A DNA stretch of 61,202 nt, taken from an uncultured Gammaproteobacteria bacterium. GTDB taxonomy: Bacteria > Patescibacteriota > Patescibacteriia > UBA11705. Numbering within the stretch: the first letter of the stretch is position 1; each line of letters opens with the position of its first letter. The notes under the pieces were generated by a model, which was not told the DNA's origin, did no database searches, and saw only the letters and a program-made list of their open reading frames with translations. Below are positions 43,232 through 52,681 of the stretch, in pieces. The stretch is from NCBI GenBank assembly GCA_964592195.1, contig CAZQEI010000006.1:1-61202 (forward strand), written 5' to 3'. The position numbers and the translations under genes were made by a program.

Positions 43232-44197
43232 ATGGCCAGCTTTTCCGGTAAACCTAAGGCTGATGATCAAAAAGTCAAAAATTTGGTACTACATGAACAA
43301 GTTTTCGAAAGGTTTGTGATTGTCAGTGCGGAGATTAAGAGTGGTGGTAAACGCCCATATTGGTTGCTGGAAGTCGGCGATGCGACTGGCAGAATTCGTT
43401 TGTATGTTTGGGACGTTGTACCCATGGATGCCACTGAGTTCGGCAAAAAGTTCCCGGTTGGTAAGGTGGCAGTTTTCTTTGGCAAGGTTAAGGAATATGA
43501 AGGCCGCAAGAAGATTGACGTGACTTGCAGTGAACTGGAAAAGCATTATCGGCTGTGCGAAGAGGATGAAGTCGATTTCGTGGAATTCAGTACTGTCGCT
43601 TGCACTAAACGAGATGTACCAAAAATGCTTTCCGATCTTCGAACGATGATTAGCGGTCTTTCAAATACCACTTATCGAGCAATCGCCAAGTTGTTTTTTG
43701 ATGATGAGGTTTGGGTGAAAAAGTTTTCCTCTGCTGTTGCCGCGCGTACTCGTCATCACAATTGGCAAGGTGGTTTACTCGAACATGTTTGGTCCATGGC
43801 ATCATTGGCCAATAGCACTTTGCGTATTCATGACTGGTTGGATTTTGACCTTCTCCTCACAGGTATTCTTTTTCATGATTTGAGCAAAATGGACGATTAC
43901 GCTGTTGGTCTCGCGATTAGTATGAACGCCGATGATCGCCATCGTCTGACCGGCCACATGGCTCGCGCTCAGATGGAGATTGAAAAGCGTTTGTTCGCAT
44001 CTGGTCAGCCGTATGATCAAGTGGATCTGGAAAAGCTGCTGCACCTGGTTTGTTCACATCATGGCGTCATGGAAAACGGTTTCGGTTCATCAGTTTCACC
44101 TTATCTGCCTGAAGCCTGGGCTCTGCACTGCATCGACATGCTCGATGCGAAGATTGTGGAGTCTCGCAGCTACGTTCACGAAAAATATAAGCATTAA
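43232..44197 (+). CDS. OB-fold + HD-domain nuclease (YhaM-like 3'-5' exoribonuclease family)
   Basis: AGGAGG RBS. N-terminal OB-like beta region (RIRLYVWD...FFGKVKEYEGRKKI) and HD motifs HHNWQGGLLEH and LFHDLSK. Confidence 0.7.
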   Translation: MASFSGKPKADDQKVKNLVLHEQVFERFVIVSAEIKSGGKRPYWLLEVGDATGRIRLYVWDVVPMDATEFGKKFPVGKVAVFFGKVKEYEGRKKIDVTCSELEKHYRLCEEDEVDFVEFSTVACTKRDVPKMLSDLRTMISGLSNTTYRAIAKLFFDDEVWVKKFSSAVAARTRHHNWQGGLLEHVWSMASLANSTLRIHDWLDFDLLLTGILFHDLSKMDDYAVGLAISMNADDRHRLTGHMARAQMEIEKRLFASGQPYDQVDLEKLLHLVCSHHGVMENGFGSSVSPYLPEAWALHCIDMLDAKIVESRSYVHEKYKH

Positions 44198-44204
44198 TTA
44201 ATTC

Positions 44205-44227
44205 GCCTCGAAATCCGAGGCTTTTTT
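44205..44227 (+). terminator. Rho-independent terminator
   Basis: GCCTCG-AAATC-CGAGGC then TTTTTT. Confidence 0.75.
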
Positions 44228-44327
44228 ATTGACCACAAATCCACGAATTACCACGAACCCACAAATTCATTGAGGATAAAGAGATAAAGGTGATGGTTTT
44301 TATTTTTTAAAGGATAATTCCATCTTT

Positions 44328-44364
44328 TCCGTCTGAGGCGGATCCGCCTTTGGCGGAAGAATTT
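44328..44364. repeat. GC-rich double-hairpin repeat (family E), copy 3
   Basis: TTCCGTCTGAGGCGGATCCGCCTTTGGCGGAAGAATT. Confidence 0.8.
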
Positions 44365-44416
44365 GGTGCTTACCCCGAAGGGGCCCCTTTGGGGGAATTT
44401 AGAATTTTTAATTTAG

Positions 44417-44434
44417 CCTGCCTGCGCAGGCAGG
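44417..44434. repeat. Perfect 18-bp palindrome CCTGCCTGCGCAGGCAGG, copy 2
   Basis: Identical to 11621-11638. Confidence 0.85.
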
Positions 44435-44443
44435 TGCTTTAAC

Positions 44444-44476
44444 GTGATCAATGATCCTTGTTCAATGATCAATGAT
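44444..44476. repeat. Family C repeat (GATCAATG words)
   Basis: GTGATCAATGATCCTTGTTCAATGATCAATGAT. Confidence 0.7.
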
Positions 44477-44487
44477 TATGCTATAAT
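44458..44487 (+). promoter_or_regulatory. Possible promoter giving a (near-)leaderless dciA-like mRNA
   Basis: TTGTTC, 18 nt ending TGc, TATAAT (44482-44487). The ATG follows 8 nt after the -10 box. Confidence 0.4.
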
Positions 44488-44495
44488 TAGCACAT

Positions 44496-44801
44496 ATGAA
44501 ACCTAACTCCATGAAATCCATCGGAGATATTTTTAAGCAACGACATGGTCGCTCAGCTTTGTTGCGCGGCGTCGAGGCGGCTTTAGTTTGCGAAGCTTTG
44601 GAGTTGATGTTTATCATTGAATGGGGTGAAGGAGTGAAGGAAATGATGAAGATTCTTCATTTTAAAAACAAAAAAATTACTATTGCCTGTATGCATAGTG
44701 CCTTGTCAACTGAAATTAAACTGAAAGAAAAAAAGTTTTTGGATATGCTTAATAAAAAATTTGGTGAGGGTACAGTTGAACAACTAAAATTCATGCTTTA
44801 A
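44496..44801 (+). CDS. DUF721 / DciA-like protein
   Basis: ~100 aa. The pattern IGDIFKQR...ALVCEALELMF...LHFKNKKITIACMHSALSTEIKLKEKKFLDMLNKKFG...LKF is typical of DUF721. Confidence 0.6.
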   Translation: MKPNSMKSIGDIFKQRHGRSALLRGVEAALVCEALELMFIIEWGEGVKEMMKILHFKNKKITIACMHSALSTEIKLKEKKFLDMLNKKFGEGTVEQLKFML

Positions 44802-44803
44802 CT

Positions 44804-45748
44804 ATGGTTTTAAATCCTGAACAACAATTAACAGGTAATTTAGATCATAAAAGCCAAGTGACTTTGGTGGATTTAAATGCGCAGCTTCACGATTTAGTTT
44901 TACAGAAAAATAGACTTGGCAGTTCGAACTATGTAAGAAAGGCATTAAACTTAGTGGAAGGTATAAGTGCTTTGCAATTTGAAAAATCAGAACTGATTGA
45001 GGATATTTATGCCGAGGATCCGGACGGTGAATATCATTCCTTTAATTTAAATGAAAGATTGGAACATTGGAGAAGTTTTTATCGAGAGATTGGCGTTAAT
45101 TGGGCTTCCTTGCCTGATCAAATTAAAATAACCAAAGAGCAGGCTCAAGAATTAACAGATGCTATTGAATTAGTTGGCTTTAATGCCATGGCCATTATTC
45201 CTGCAAATTTAGTTGATGTCCCTAAAGGTGTGCTTGGTGAACAGATAAATGAAGCTCATTATGCGGAGCTTTACAAAATTTGTTATGGGCGAAAATTTAA
45301 ACAAAGCGATTTTGATTTTTATGATTTTTCCGATAAACGACAAGGTTTACGTATCTTATTATATTGCATAGATAAAGAAAGTACAGAAATGGAAAAATTA
45401 ATTTCAAGATTGTGGGACCCTATGTTACGTGATAAGCCAAAAAGTGTGGCCAATGTGCAGGAAACAATTTTGAACCCCCAGGGTTTGTCAGGGCTGACAC
45501 TATCTGAATATTTAATTTTAAATACTCATTTTAGAAAAAAGATGAATGATACAGCCTATTGGGACAGAGGTACCGGAACTAATATTGCTTCAGTAACATT
45601 ACCGGAAACTTACGTTAGTGGAAAAACCAACTTGATTACATGTATACATTTTGACGTTGCTAAGGATAGAGGAGTTATTCGTGCTGATTTTAACTATCGT
45701 GACTTTTTGGGAAAAAATATGCGGTTGGCTAAATACATTCAATTGTAA
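44804..45748 (+). CDS. Hypothetical protein (314 aa)
   Basis: ATG lies 2 nt after the upstream stop. Confidence 0.5.
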   Translation: MVLNPEQQLTGNLDHKSQVTLVDLNAQLHDLVLQKNRLGSSNYVRKALNLVEGISALQFEKSELIEDIYAEDPDGEYHSFNLNERLEHWRSFYREIGVNWASLPDQIKITKEQAQELTDAIELVGFNAMAIIPANLVDVPKGVLGEQINEAHYAELYKICYGRKFKQSDFDFYDFSDKRQGLRILLYCIDKESTEMEKLISRLWDPMLRDKPKSVANVQETILNPQGLSGLTLSEYLILNTHFRKKMNDTAYWDRGTGTNIASVTLPETYVSGKTNLITCIHFDVAKDRGVIRADFNYRDFLGKNMRLAKYIQL

Positions 45749-45752
45749 AAAT

Positions 45753-46127
45753 ATGTCATTAAAACAATACTTACAACTAATTGGTGCTGGGACCGGACTT
45801 TCATGGTTGGGATGGTTGATCGTGATTTCCTTTATTAACATTCAAGAAGCTTTTTGGCCAGCCATTATTTTATTTTATTTAAGTTTGTCATTGGCAATAT
45901 TTGGATCGTTAACATTGCTAAGTTTCATTTGGCGGTATAGAACACAGGAACAAGAGCTTTGGTTTAGACATTTAAATATTTCCTTTCGCCAATCTTTAAT
46001 CGTCGTGTTAATGATTGATATTGCATTAATTTTGCAAAGTTTTCGTTACTTGAGTTGGTGGATGATCTTGATTCTTCTGGCTGTAGCGGCCTGCGCTGAG
46101 TTGCTTTGGGCATCTTTTCGCCGTTAA
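45753..46127 (+). CDS. Membrane protein (4 TM, 124 aa)
   Basis: ATG 45753 lies just after the upstream stop; four hydrophobic helices. Confidence 0.5.
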   Translation: MSLKQYLQLIGAGTGLSWLGWLIVISFINIQEAFWPAIILFYLSLSLAIFGSLTLLSFIWRYRTQEQELWFRHLNISFRQSLIVVLMIDIALILQSFRYLSWWMILILLAVAACAELLWASFRR

Positions 46128-46226
46128 ATTAAATAAAAATATTCAGTTCTAAACAAAAAATACGGTTTGAAAAACCTTTATTTTTGTGCTAATGTTATTA
46201 TACTAACAAAAAATAAAAGCCAATTT

Positions 46227-47474
46227 ATGCGACAATCACAAATATTTGGACGCACCAAGAAGGAAAGTCCAAAAGATGAAACCAGCTTAAACGCTCAGTA
46301 TTTAATTCGCGGCGGGTTTGTGGACAAAAATATGTCCGGTGTTTATTCCTATTTGCCGCTCGGTTGGCGAGTCTTGGAAAAGATAAAAAATATTATTCGT
46401 GAAGAGATCAATGCCATTGGTGGCCAAGAAGTTTATTTGCCAGCTTTGGCGAGTGAAGATAATTACAAACAAACCAAACGCGATGAAGCCATGGGCGACG
46501 TCTTGTTTAGCGTTTCTGGTTTAAATAATGATTCGAAAATGTATTTGAATCCGACACATGAAGAAATTATTACTCCGTTAGTAAAGCAATTTGTTCACTC
46601 CTACCGAGATTTACCAGTGTATGTTTATCAAATTCAAGATAAATTCAGAAACGAAGCGAGAGCTAAGTCAGGGTTGTTGCGCGGACGAGAATTTAGCATG
46701 AAGGATTTGTATTCTTTTCATGCCAATGAAGAAGATTTAAATCGCTATTACGATGTGGTCACTGAAGCCTACAAAAAGATTTACCAACGTTTGGGCATTG
46801 GTGATATTACTTATTTAACTTATGCTTCCGGTGGAACATTTAGCAAATACTCACATGAGTTTCAAACCGTTTGCGAGGCTGGTGAAGATTTGATTTATAT
46901 TTGTGAAAAATGCCACGTGGCTGTTAACAAAGAAATTATTGAAGAACAAAATACCTGCCCATTATGTGGCAATAAAGAGTTAGTAGAAAAAAAGGCGATT
47001 GAAGTGGGTAACATTTTCAAGCAAAGAATTAAGTTTACCGATGCTTTTAATTTTAATTACACCAACGAAACCGGAGAGTTAAAAGCTGTGGAAATGGGAG
47101 CTTACGGTATTGGCCCTTCTCGTTTAATGGGAACAATTGTTGAAATATTTTGTGATGATAATGGTATAATTTGGCCGGAAAATATTGCGCCTTATCAAGT
47201 TCATTTATTGTCACTCGGTAAAGCGGTGGAGATTAATGAGTTGGCGGTCAAATGGTATGACACTTTGTCAAAGAATTTTGAAGTTTTGTTTGATGACCGC
47301 GAGGATGTCCAAGCTGGTGAGAAATTTGCCGATTCAGATTTGCTTGGTCTACCATGGAGAGTCGTTATCAGTCCGAAATCAATTGCGGCCGGTGGCGCAG
47401 AAGTGAAACGAAGAGGTGAGGCAACCGCGCAAATTGTTGATTTCGATAAATTAATAAATTACCTGCAATCATAA
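46227..47474 (+). CDS. proS: Prolyl-tRNA synthetase (compact form without INS editing domain)
   Basis: YQIQDKFRNEARAKSGLLRGREFSMKDLYSFH (motif 2 region), class II motif 3, and a CEKC...CPLCG zinc-ribbon-like insert at 46902-46970. Confidence 0.92.
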   Translation: MRQSQIFGRTKKESPKDETSLNAQYLIRGGFVDKNMSGVYSYLPLGWRVLEKIKNIIREEINAIGGQEVYLPALASEDNYKQTKRDEAMGDVLFSVSGLNNDSKMYLNPTHEEIITPLVKQFVHSYRDLPVYVYQIQDKFRNEARAKSGLLRGREFSMKDLYSFHANEEDLNRYYDVVTEAYKKIYQRLGIGDITYLTYASGGTFSKYSHEFQTVCEAGEDLIYICEKCHVAVNKEIIEEQNTCPLCGNKELVEKKAIEVGNIFKQRIKFTDAFNFNYTNETGELKAVEMGAYGIGPSRLMGTIVEIFCDDNGIIWPENIAPYQVHLLSLGKAVEINELAVKWYDTLSKNFEVLFDDREDVQAGEKFADSDLLGLPWRVVISPKSIAAGGAEVKRRGEATAQIVDFDKLINYLQS

Positions 47475-48529
47475 TGTGGAAAGATTGGTTAACTAAATTT
47501 TCAAAAAAAGTGGGGATTGATTTGGGTACCTCGAAAACCATTGTCAGTTTACAGGACAAAGGCATTGTGATACGCGAACCATCTATTGTGGCGATTAACA
47601 ATAAGCTGGATCAAATTCTCGCCGTGGGTGAAGACGCGCAAAAAATGATTGGTAAAAATCCTCGGCATATCACTTTAGCTTATCCGTTGATCAATGGCAT
47701 TATTTCCGACTTTGAAGTCACGGAAAAGTTTATTAAGTATTTTATTGATAAACTGTTTTTGGAAAATTTCAACTTCACTGCGCGACCAAGTGTGGTGATT
47801 GGGATTCCTTTGGATATTACCGAAGTGGAAAAGAAAGCGGTGGAAGACGCCACTATGTCTGCCGGCGCCGGTAAAGTTTGTTTGGTAGAAGAAGTTATGG
47901 CCGCGGCCATTGGCGCTCGTTTACCGATACAAGACGCTTCCGGAAGCATGATTATTAATATGGGCGGAGGTAAAACAGAAATCGCAGTTATTTCTTTGAA
48001 CGGTGTGGTAAATTGGCGATCATTACATGTGGCAGGTAAAAATTTAGATGAAGATATTGTTCGATATGCGCGTCAGCATTTTAATTTGTTAATCGGTGAG
48101 CGCGTGGCAGAAATCATTAAAATAAAAATCGGCTCTGCTTTTGAAATCGGTGAAGAGTTGCGCATTGAAATGCGTGGACGGGATTTGGTTTCTGGTTTAC
48201 CGCACGAAATCATTGTTACCGACTATCAAATTCGCGAAGCTATGGCGAAAACTGTTAGTTCAATTATCGATAATATAAAAGCGACATTGGAAACTACCCC
48301 TCCTGAATTAGTGGCGGATATTTATGAACGGGGTATTGTTTTAACCGGTGGTGCGGCGGCTTTACGTGGCTTGGACCGGGCGATCGCTAAGGCCACAGAA
48401 ATCCCCGTCCGTTTAGCTGATGATCCAGCTACTTGCACTATTCGCGGAATTAACGTGTTGTTGGAAGATGATAAGTTGTTAGCTGAATTAATTTTACCGT
48501 CAGCCAATGAAGAAAAAATGATGAGATAA
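47474..48529 (+). CDS. mreB: Rod-shape determining protein MreB
   Basis: GIDLGTSKT and the actin-fold phosphate/adenosine motifs. It is followed by mreC and mreD. Confidence 0.95.
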   Translation: MWKDWLTKFSKKVGIDLGTSKTIVSLQDKGIVIREPSIVAINNKLDQILAVGEDAQKMIGKNPRHITLAYPLINGIISDFEVTEKFIKYFIDKLFLENFNFTARPSVVIGIPLDITEVEKKAVEDATMSAGAGKVCLVEEVMAAAIGARLPIQDASGSMIINMGGGKTEIAVISLNGVVNWRSLHVAGKNLDEDIVRYARQHFNLLIGERVAEIIKIKIGSAFEIGEELRIEMRGRDLVSGLPHEIIVTDYQIREAMAKTVSSIIDNIKATLETTPPELVADIYERGIVLTGGAAALRGLDRAIAKATEIPVRLADDPATCTIRGINVLLEDDKLLAELILPSANEEKMMR

Positions 48530-48537
48530 TTCACATT

Positions 48538-49350
48538 ATGGAAAATTATCCCAAAAGTAAAAAGAAAATTACGGTGATTGCTATTGCCGTCATTTTTGTT
48601 ATAGTCGCACATTTTACCAAAATCCTATGGCCAGTAGAGTTTTTAGTTATTTCCATCTTGAGACCATTACAAGGTCCAGTGTATAATCTATCTCAAGCTA
48701 TCAATGACAGTTATAATAACTGGAAAAATCAAACTCAGTGGGAAAAAGAAGCGGAAAGATTGCAACAAGAATTGCAGAGATCCTTGGTAGACAAGAGTCA
48801 AATTAAAATTTTAACTGAAGAAAATGATTTTTTGCGCAAACAGTTGGATTTTGTTGAAGCCAATAACTATGACATGGTGACTGCGCGAGTGATTGGTCAG
48901 AGCGATGACTTGTCAGTACGAGAAATATTGATTTCGCGCGGGCGTTCTTCTGGCTTACAAATTGGACAACCGGTAATTATTAATGATGGCGTTTTGATTG
49001 GAAAAGTCTATAAACTTTTTGATTATCAGGCGATTGTTAAACTCATTAATGATCCAAATTCCCAAGTGGCAGTTTCTGTTTCTAATACCGACAGAACCAT
49101 GGGGTTGATCAGTGGTGAGTATGGTTTGGGGGTAAAAATGGAAATGATTCCTCAAACTGAAAAAATCGCGATAGGCGATCCAGTGATAACATCTGGTCTG
49201 GAAGACAAAATTCAACGAGGTTTAGTCGTTGGCACTGTCGACAAGGTTTTCAGTCAACCAGAGGCGATTTTTCAAACCGCGTCGATCAAGCTACCAGCCA
49301 ATTTTGATAAATTATTTATGGTCAGTGTTATTGTGGGAAAAATAGAATAA
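48538..49350 (+). CDS. mreC: Rod-shape determining protein MreC
   Basis: N-terminal TM segment, a coiled coil and a beta-rich C-terminal domain; operon position. Confidence 0.85.
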   Translation: MENYPKSKKKITVIAIAVIFVIVAHFTKILWPVEFLVISILRPLQGPVYNLSQAINDSYNNWKNQTQWEKEAERLQQELQRSLVDKSQIKILTEENDFLRKQLDFVEANNYDMVTARVIGQSDDLSVREILISRGRSSGLQIGQPVIINDGVLIGKVYKLFDYQAIVKLINDPNSQVAVSVSNTDRTMGLISGEYGLGVKMEMIPQTEKIAIGDPVITSGLEDKIQRGLVVGTVDKVFSQPEAIFQTASIKLPANFDKLFMVSVIVGKIE

Positions 49351-49351
49351 T

Positions 49352-49870
49352 ATGGCTTTAAGCATTTTAAAAAATATATTACTCATTTTGTTTCTCGGAT
49401 TATATACGATTGCCTTGAAACCCATGTTGCCTGGTATGGCACGAGAAATTGATTTAATTATCATATTTCTAGTCTTGGTCGGCGTTCTGTCGACTTTTCG
49501 TTTGAGTTTATTTTATGCATTGGCGATGGGGTTGCTTCTGGATTTATTTTCAAGCTATTTTTTCGGTTTAAATATGCTCGCCTTGGTGATAACTTTTTGG
49601 ATCTTGGACAAAATTTTCAATCAACTGTTTAGTAATCGTTCCTTGTATTCAATTATTTTATTTGTAGTTGGTGCGGAATATGTCTATCATTTATTCTTTT
49701 TAACGCACAAGGTGATTAATGCCATTTTTATTGACCATGATTTTAGCTGGCAAATATTTATTGTTTATGATTGGTTAGGTATGGCACTGGCAAACAGTGC
49801 TATTGTGGTAATAATATTTTTAGCCTTTTATTATACCAGTAATAGATTTAAGAATTTAATAATTCGTTAA
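49352..49870 (+). CDS. mreD: Rod-shape determining protein MreD
   Basis: Polytopic 172-aa membrane protein directly after mreC. Confidence 0.7.
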   Translation: MALSILKNILLILFLGLYTIALKPMLPGMAREIDLIIIFLVLVGVLSTFRLSLFYALAMGLLLDLFSSYFFGLNMLALVITFWILDKIFNQLFSNRSLYSIILFVVGAEYVYHLFFLTHKVINAIFIDHDFSWQIFIVYDWLGMALANSAIVVIIFLAFYYTSNRFKNLIIR

Positions 49871-49871
49871 T

Positions 49872-51875
49872 GTGAACGAAGACGAAAAATCAATTAATCC
49901 AGAAGAAGAAATATATTTCGCGACCCCGCCGAAACGAGTTTATAATCTGGAAAACAATGAAACTCGCGGTGATTGGGTGGAAGAAGTTTTTTTAGATGGA
50001 AAAAATACAAAACAAGAACGCCATAACAATTTCATGGGATTGTCATTGTCACGTAATCGATTGAATATTACCTTTTTTGTAGCGGTTTTCTTTTTGTTAA
50101 TTCTATTAGCTAAAACATTTTGGATGCAGGTGGGGCAAGTGAGTGAATATCGTGATCTGGCAGAGAAAAATCGTATTCGCATTCATTATATCCAATCACC
50201 ACGCGGTGTTGTCTATGATCGCAATGGAGTGGCGTTGGTAAAAAATATTCCTGATTTTGCCCTGTATTTAACCCCAGTTGATTTCTTGCGCACCAACAAC
50301 GCTGTTAACTTAATGGATAAATTGAAAAAATATTACCCCGATGATGCGGAATTGGCTGCTGATGTGGAAAAGATTTTATCTACAAAAAACAATCGCAAGG
50401 AATACTACTTGCCACATATAATCGTGCGTAAAATTGATTATCAAACTGCCTTAAAAATCAAATTGGATACTTCGGAAATGGCGGGGATCAGCGTTGATGT
50501 AAATAATGAACGTGAATATTTGTTTGCCTTGGGTTCTTCTACTGCGACTGAAAGTTTGTCTCATTTACTTGGCTATGTCGGTAAAGTTAACGATACCGAA
50601 TATGAACAAAATCAAAGTTTTGGATATCTTTATAATGACAATATAGGTAAAGCGGGAATTGAACGAGTGTATGAAAAAGCTTTACGTGGACAATATGGTC
50701 AAAAACAGGTAGAGGTGGATTCCTTTGGCCGTGAGAAAAAAATTGTAGCTGAAGAAAAGTTGATTTCCGGTAATAATATTTACTTAACTTTGGATGCTAA
50801 GTTGCAATCGAAAATGGAGGAAATATTACGAAACACCTTGGCAAAGAATAATTTGAAAAAAGCTATCGGCATTGCCATGGATCCGAGAAATGGCGATGTT
50901 TTAGCGATGGTTTCTTTACCAACCTACAATAATAATGAATTTGGTCCTGGGATGTTAGTGGATGATTATGCCAAATATTTAAATGATCCTGACCAGCCCT
51001 TGTTTAATCGAGCCATTAGCGGTGAGTATCCATCCGGGTCGGTGATTAAACCAGTAATCGCATCGGCGGCGTTGCAAGAAAAGATTGTCACTGCCACCAC
51101 TTCGTTTTTAAGTAATGGTGGTATTCGTATTGATCAATGGTTTTTTCCTGATTGGAAAGCTGGTGGTCATGGCATGACAGATGTTCGCAAAGCAATTGCT
51201 GATTCAGTTAACACATATTTTTATATAGTTGGCGGCGGTTATGGTGATCAAGAAGGTTTGGGAATTAAACGGATAAAAGAATATGCGTTGAAGTTTGGGT
51301 TAATGGCCAAGACAGGCATTGATTTGCCCGGTGAACGAGCAGGTTTCATTCCTGATGCAGAGTGGAAGTGGCAAGCGAAGAAGGAACAGTGGTATATTGG
51401 TGATACTTATCATGCGGCCATAGGTCAGGGTGATGTGGTCGTAACTCCGATTCAAGTGGCGAACTATATTTGTGCCATTGCCAATAACGGTTTTTTGTAT
51501 AAACCGCATTTATTAAAACAAATATACGATGTTGATTCAAAAACCACTAACTATTATTTACCAGAAGTAATTAATTCAAATTTCATTGATCAAGATAATT
51601 TAAAAATAGTCAGAGAGGGGATGAGGCAGTCAGTGACGCGCGGTAGTTCTCGCCGGTTAAATTATTTACCAATTGAAATTGCAGGTAAAACCGGTACAGC
51701 TCAATGGGGGCTGGACAAACCTAATCATGCTTGGTTTACTTCATTTGCTCCATACAACGATCCGCAAATAGTAGTTACAATTTTATTCGAAGAAGGTGTT
51801 GAAGGTAGTACAGTAGCCGTTCCCGCGGCGGAAGAATTTTATAAATTCTGGTACTACAATAATTATAAGAAGTAG
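49872..51875 (+). CDS. mrdA: Penicillin-binding protein 2 (elongasome transpeptidase)
   Basis: GTG start after the mreD stop; N-terminal TM segment; SVIK (SxxK) and KTGTAQ (KTG) motifs. Confidence 0.9.
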   Translation: MNEDEKSINPEEEIYFATPPKRVYNLENNETRGDWVEEVFLDGKNTKQERHNNFMGLSLSRNRLNITFFVAVFFLLILLAKTFWMQVGQVSEYRDLAEKNRIRIHYIQSPRGVVYDRNGVALVKNIPDFALYLTPVDFLRTNNAVNLMDKLKKYYPDDAELAADVEKILSTKNNRKEYYLPHIIVRKIDYQTALKIKLDTSEMAGISVDVNNEREYLFALGSSTATESLSHLLGYVGKVNDTEYEQNQSFGYLYNDNIGKAGIERVYEKALRGQYGQKQVEVDSFGREKKIVAEEKLISGNNIYLTLDAKLQSKMEEILRNTLAKNNLKKAIGIAMDPRNGDVLAMVSLPTYNNNEFGPGMLVDDYAKYLNDPDQPLFNRAISGEYPSGSVIKPVIASAALQEKIVTATTSFLSNGGIRIDQWFFPDWKAGGHGMTDVRKAIADSVNTYFYIVGGGYGDQEGLGIKRIKEYALKFGLMAKTGIDLPGERAGFIPDAEWKWQAKKEQWYIGDTYHAAIGQGDVVVTPIQVANYICAIANNGFLYKPHLLKQIYDVDSKTTNYYLPEVINSNFIDQDNLKIVREGMRQSVTRGSSRRLNYLPIEIAGKTGTAQWGLDKPNHAWFTSFAPYNDPQIVVTILFEEGVEGSTVAVPAAEEFYKFWYYNNYKK

Positions 51876-51913
51876 TAAGTTGGTAATTAGTATATTGGTA
51901 TCGTGGTACATGG
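51873..51913. repeat. Family B repeat copy
   Basis: TAGTAAGTTGGTAATTAGTATATTGGTATCGTGGTACATGG is 36/41 identical to 5372-5412. Confidence 0.75.
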
Positions 51914-52007
51914 AAGAATTAAATATTTACCATCAGCGGCGGTGTGCTATTTAAATAAAATTCCAACTTTAGAATTTAGGATTTAGTGCTTGGGATTTAT
52001 TATTCCG

Positions 52008-52036
52008 TTTGACAAGTTAAATAATAATATGTATAT
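52008..52036 (+). promoter_or_regulatory. Promoter of greA
   Basis: TTGACA, 17-nt spacer, TATATT. Confidence 0.5.
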
Positions 52037-52090
52037 TAAATTCATCATACAACTAAATATTCATCTAAGTCATTGAGGACTTTTTTTATT

Positions 52091-52555
52091 ATGGCACAGA
52101 AAATTTTAACGCCAGAAGGTTTAGAAAAATTAAAAGCAGAATTAAAAGAGCTTAAGGAATTCAAACTTCCGGATATTATTGAAAAAATCGAACACGCCAA
52201 AGAGTTGGGTGATTTATCCGAAAATGCTGAATATCACGATGCCAAAGATCAACAAGGTTTCATTGTCAGTCGTATTGCGGAAATTGAAGCTTTGTTAAAA
52301 AATGCCATCATGAGCGATGAAGAAGATTTACAGAAAGGTACTATCGGTATTGGCACTTCGTTTGTCGCTGAAGATGCTACTGGAAATAAAAAAGATTATA
52401 CTTTAGTTGGATACAATGAAGCTGATCCTATCAATGGCAAGATTTCCAATGAATCTCCAATTGGCCAAGCTTTCTCCGGTCATAAAGCAGGGGATACAGT
52501 CACCTTCGAAGCGCCAAAAGGAATGTTAACATTCAAAATTATTGACGTTAAATAG
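52091..52555 (+). CDS. greA: Transcription elongation factor GreA
   Basis: MAQKILTPEGLEKLKAELKEL..., AKELGDLSENAEYHDAK, and a C-terminal FKBP-like domain. Confidence 0.93.
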   Translation: MAQKILTPEGLEKLKAELKELKEFKLPDIIEKIEHAKELGDLSENAEYHDAKDQQGFIVSRIAEIEALLKNAIMSDEEDLQKGTIGIGTSFVAEDATGNKKDYTLVGYNEADPINGKISNESPIGQAFSGHKAGDTVTFEAPKGMLTFKIIDVK

Positions 52556-52563
52556 CTATAAAA

Positions 52564-52589
52564 ATCTCGGTTTACGCCGAGATTTTTTA
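52564..52589 (+). terminator. Rho-independent terminator
   Basis: ATCTCGG ... CCGAGAT then TTTTTT. Confidence 0.7.
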
Positions 52590-52681
52590 TTTGTTATTTT
52601 GACAAATGCTATAAGATGTTTTAATATTCAATTTCAGTTTAGATCATTGACAACCACAAACCAAAAAGACAGGAGGTCGTG

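Noticed and set aside
27011-44364. The near-identical ~60-nt elements at 27.0 kb and 44.3 kb as att-like boundaries of a 17-kb mobile element
   Set aside because: The interval contains core genes (secA, cca, a UvrD-like helicase) and no integrase, transposase or phage structural genes. A third copy at 10.2 kb shows it is a dispersed repeat.
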